Shown one piece after another: positions 62,253 to 64,000 of a DNA stretch of 64,000 bases. The notes under the pieces are model-generated. The model was not told the DNA's origin and did no database searches. It saw only the letters and a list, made by a program, of their open reading frames with translations. This stretch comes from Gammaproteobacteria bacterium (GTDB taxonomy: Bacteria; Pseudomonadota; Gammaproteobacteria; JAJFKG01): positions 490,503 through 554,502 of the forward strand of contig OZ220716.1 in the NCBI GenBank assembly GCA_965116795.1, written 5' to 3'. The position numbers and the translations under genes were made by a program. Position 1 is the stretch's first letter. Each line of letters opens with the position of its first letter.

Positions 62253-63185
62253 GTGAAAAAGATGTCCTATAAACATGATTTTGCAATGCTAACCTGTTCC
62301 TTTAGCCGTGATATGAAAAGGTGCTTCAATGCTTACCAGTCCTATGAAAAGTTTTTTGTAGAAAAAGTTCCATATTATTTATGTGTTCCGGAACATGACC
62401 TTGAAGATTTTAATAAATATTTTTTGGAAGGAGCGAATGAGCATAAAATTGATGCATTACCAACTTTTATAAGCGAGCGTCAGTTAATAGAAATGGCAGG
62501 GGAACCAGTTGAGTCAGTCTTAGCTTTGCCGGGCTATTATTTGCAAGACGCTATTCGCCTCAGTTTTGGCTTAACAGGCCTATCTAAACATTATTTTATG
62601 AATGATTCTGATGGTTACTTTATTAAAAAGTTTAATTTAAAATACTTATACAAAAATGGCAAACTAATGTTTAGCTTTCATGAAGTATGGCATGCAGGAA
62701 AGACCGAAAAGGAAATGATGGATTTAACTAAAACCTTTGGTTTAGGTCATGGAAACAAAGAGTTTATTGATTTAGGAATTAGTTATTTTGATATACAGCA
62801 AATGATTAAAACACTTTTGAATAGCCATGATAAAAAGTTTAGAAATTTTACATGTACTCCATCGTCTTTTGACTCTGAAGTGATTTGTGAGCTGCACAAA
62901 GTGATACAAAAAAATGGCTTAAAATCTTTTACTAATGCAATAAGAATGATACCCTTCGCCTTCCAATGGTACGGTGAATTCTTAGTAAAAAAAGACAAAT
63001 TAATCTCGATGCCATTTTTGTTTTTTACTTGCGAACCTCATGTTGAAACCTGGAAGGTTCAACGAGACTATTTTGAGGACCCCTCAAAGTTTGGGATTCA
63101 ATACCAATCTGTTGATTACAGCCAAGGTAACGGAGGAATACCTCATGACAGGATTAAACCAAATATTTTTTACGTAGATGAATAA
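62253..63185 (+). CDS. Putative glycosyltransferase-like protein (DUF6492-like)
   Basis: Position in a wzm/wzt locus; SFSRD..R, GYYLQ, NDSDGYF (DxD-like) motifs. Confidence 0.5.
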   Translation: MKKMSYKHDFAMLTCSFSRDMKRCFNAYQSYEKFFVEKVPYYLCVPEHDLEDFNKYFLEGANEHKIDALPTFISERQLIEMAGEPVESVLALPGYYLQDAIRLSFGLTGLSKHYFMNDSDGYFIKKFNLKYLYKNGKLMFSFHEVWHAGKTEKEMMDLTKTFGLGHGNKEFIDLGISYFDIQQMIKTLLNSHDKKFRNFTCTPSSFDSEVICELHKVIQKNGLKSFTNAIRMIPFAFQWYGEFLVKKDKLISMPFLFFTCEPHVETWKVQRDYFEDPSKFGIQYQSVDYSQGNGGIPHDRIKPNIFYVDE

Positions 63186-63227
63186 ACAAAAATTTGATCC
63201 TTTTAACATGTAAGGAAAATTGAAGAA

Positions 63228-64000
63228 ATGACAAAAGTGCTTATCACCGGGGTAACAGGTATGGTTGGCTCCCATCTATTAGACTATTTAATAGATAATA
63301 CCAATTGGGAAATTTATGGTATGCTCAGGTGGCGCTCCCCTCTTGATAACATATCTGGGCATATCGAAAGGATCAATAGAAAAGATAGGGTTCAACTTGT
63401 TTACGCGGATTTGCGTGACACTATGTCAATAGAGCATGCTGTTGTAACCAGTAAACCGGACTATGTTTTTCACCTCGCAGCACAAAGTTATCCACGCACA
63501 TCATTTGACAGTCCCCTTGATACATTTGATACCAATATTCAGGGAACGGAGCGTCTTTTAGGTGCTTTAAGAAAATATAAGAAAGATGCTGTTATTCATG
63601 TATGCGCAAGCTCGGAAGTGTTTGGTAGAGTCCCCAAAGAAAAACTGCCCATCGATGAAGGATGCACTTTTCATCCAGCTTCTCCTTACGCGATATCAAA
63701 AGTAGGTACGGATCTTATCGGTCGATACTATGCTGAAGCCTATGATATGTGTGTTATGACAACTCGTATGTTTACTCATACCGGACCTCGTAGGGGAGAT
63801 GTTTTTGCCGAAAGTACTTTTGCAAAGCAAATTGCCATGATAGAAAAAGGGCTCATTCCACCTGTAGTTAAAACTGGAAATTTAAACTCTTTAAGAACAT
63901 GGGCAGATGTGCGTGATGCAGTTCGTGCTTACTATATGATGGTTATGGTTAACCCAACCCCCGGCGCTTACTACAACATTGGTGGCACGTATACGCTTTC
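63228..64000 (+). CDS. GDP-sugar 4,6-dehydratase (Gmd/DmhA/WcbK-like), 3'-truncated by the window edge
   Basis: Not in the ORF track; my translation gives MTKVLITGVTGMVGSHL, RWRSPLDN, FHLAAQSYP, SSEVFG, PASPYAISK, FTHTGPRRG. Confidence 0.85.
   Translation, partial: MTKVLITGVTGMVGSHLLDYLIDNTNWEIYGMLRWRSPLDNISGHIERINRKDRVQLVYADLRDTMSIEHAVVTSKPDYVFHLAAQSYPRTSFDSPLDTFDTNIQGTERLLGALRKYKKDAVIHVCASSEVFGRVPKEKLPIDEGCTFHPASPYAISKVGTDLIGRYYAEAYDMCVMTTRMFTHTGPRRGDVFAESTFAKQIAMIEKGLIPPVVKTGNLNSLRTWADVRDAVRAYYMMVMVNPTPGAYYNIGGTYTL

Noticed and set aside
62185-62256. A9 tract as a phase-variable switch extending ORF 62253 upstream
   Set aside because: The required frame has a TAA at 62217-62219 immediately after the tract, so slippage cannot fuse the frames.

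Overview
AT-rich chromosomal segment of a gammaproteobacterium. A Legionellales/Coxiellales-like affinity is inferred from the split gcvPA/gcvPB, two Pht-like MFS transporters, a secreted adenosine deaminase and the BatD locus. Most of the window is housekeeping: folB-folK, rppH-ptsP, dapB, gcvT-H-PA-PB, a Pit transporter with a DUF47 regulator, class II DAHP synthase, psd, cca, waaC, pgk-pyk-speD, metK-ahcY-metF-rsmE, yihA, dsbA-uvrD and lptD-surA-rsmA. It ends with a decayed IS1-family element followed by a compositionally distinct wzm-wzt polysaccharide locus. I saw no rRNA, tRNA, CRISPR array or prophage. The intergenic space is densely colonised by small palindromic elements: at least 8 copies of a ~127-bp ERIC-like element, GTCATCCCGCG-type REPs and several other MITE-like elements, some nested. 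The main observations are: (1) an ERIC-like copy inserted in frame (126 bp, 42 aa) in the DsbA signal peptide, and another supplying the folK C-terminus; (2) a full-length orphan HipA-like protein with essentially all catalytic residues replaced (pseudokinase); (3) an Mrr/PD-(D/E)xK-like domain fused to a class III nucleotide cyclase; (4) an EamA transporter-CYTH triphosphatase fusion. All family assignments are by-eye motif recognition; no searches were run.
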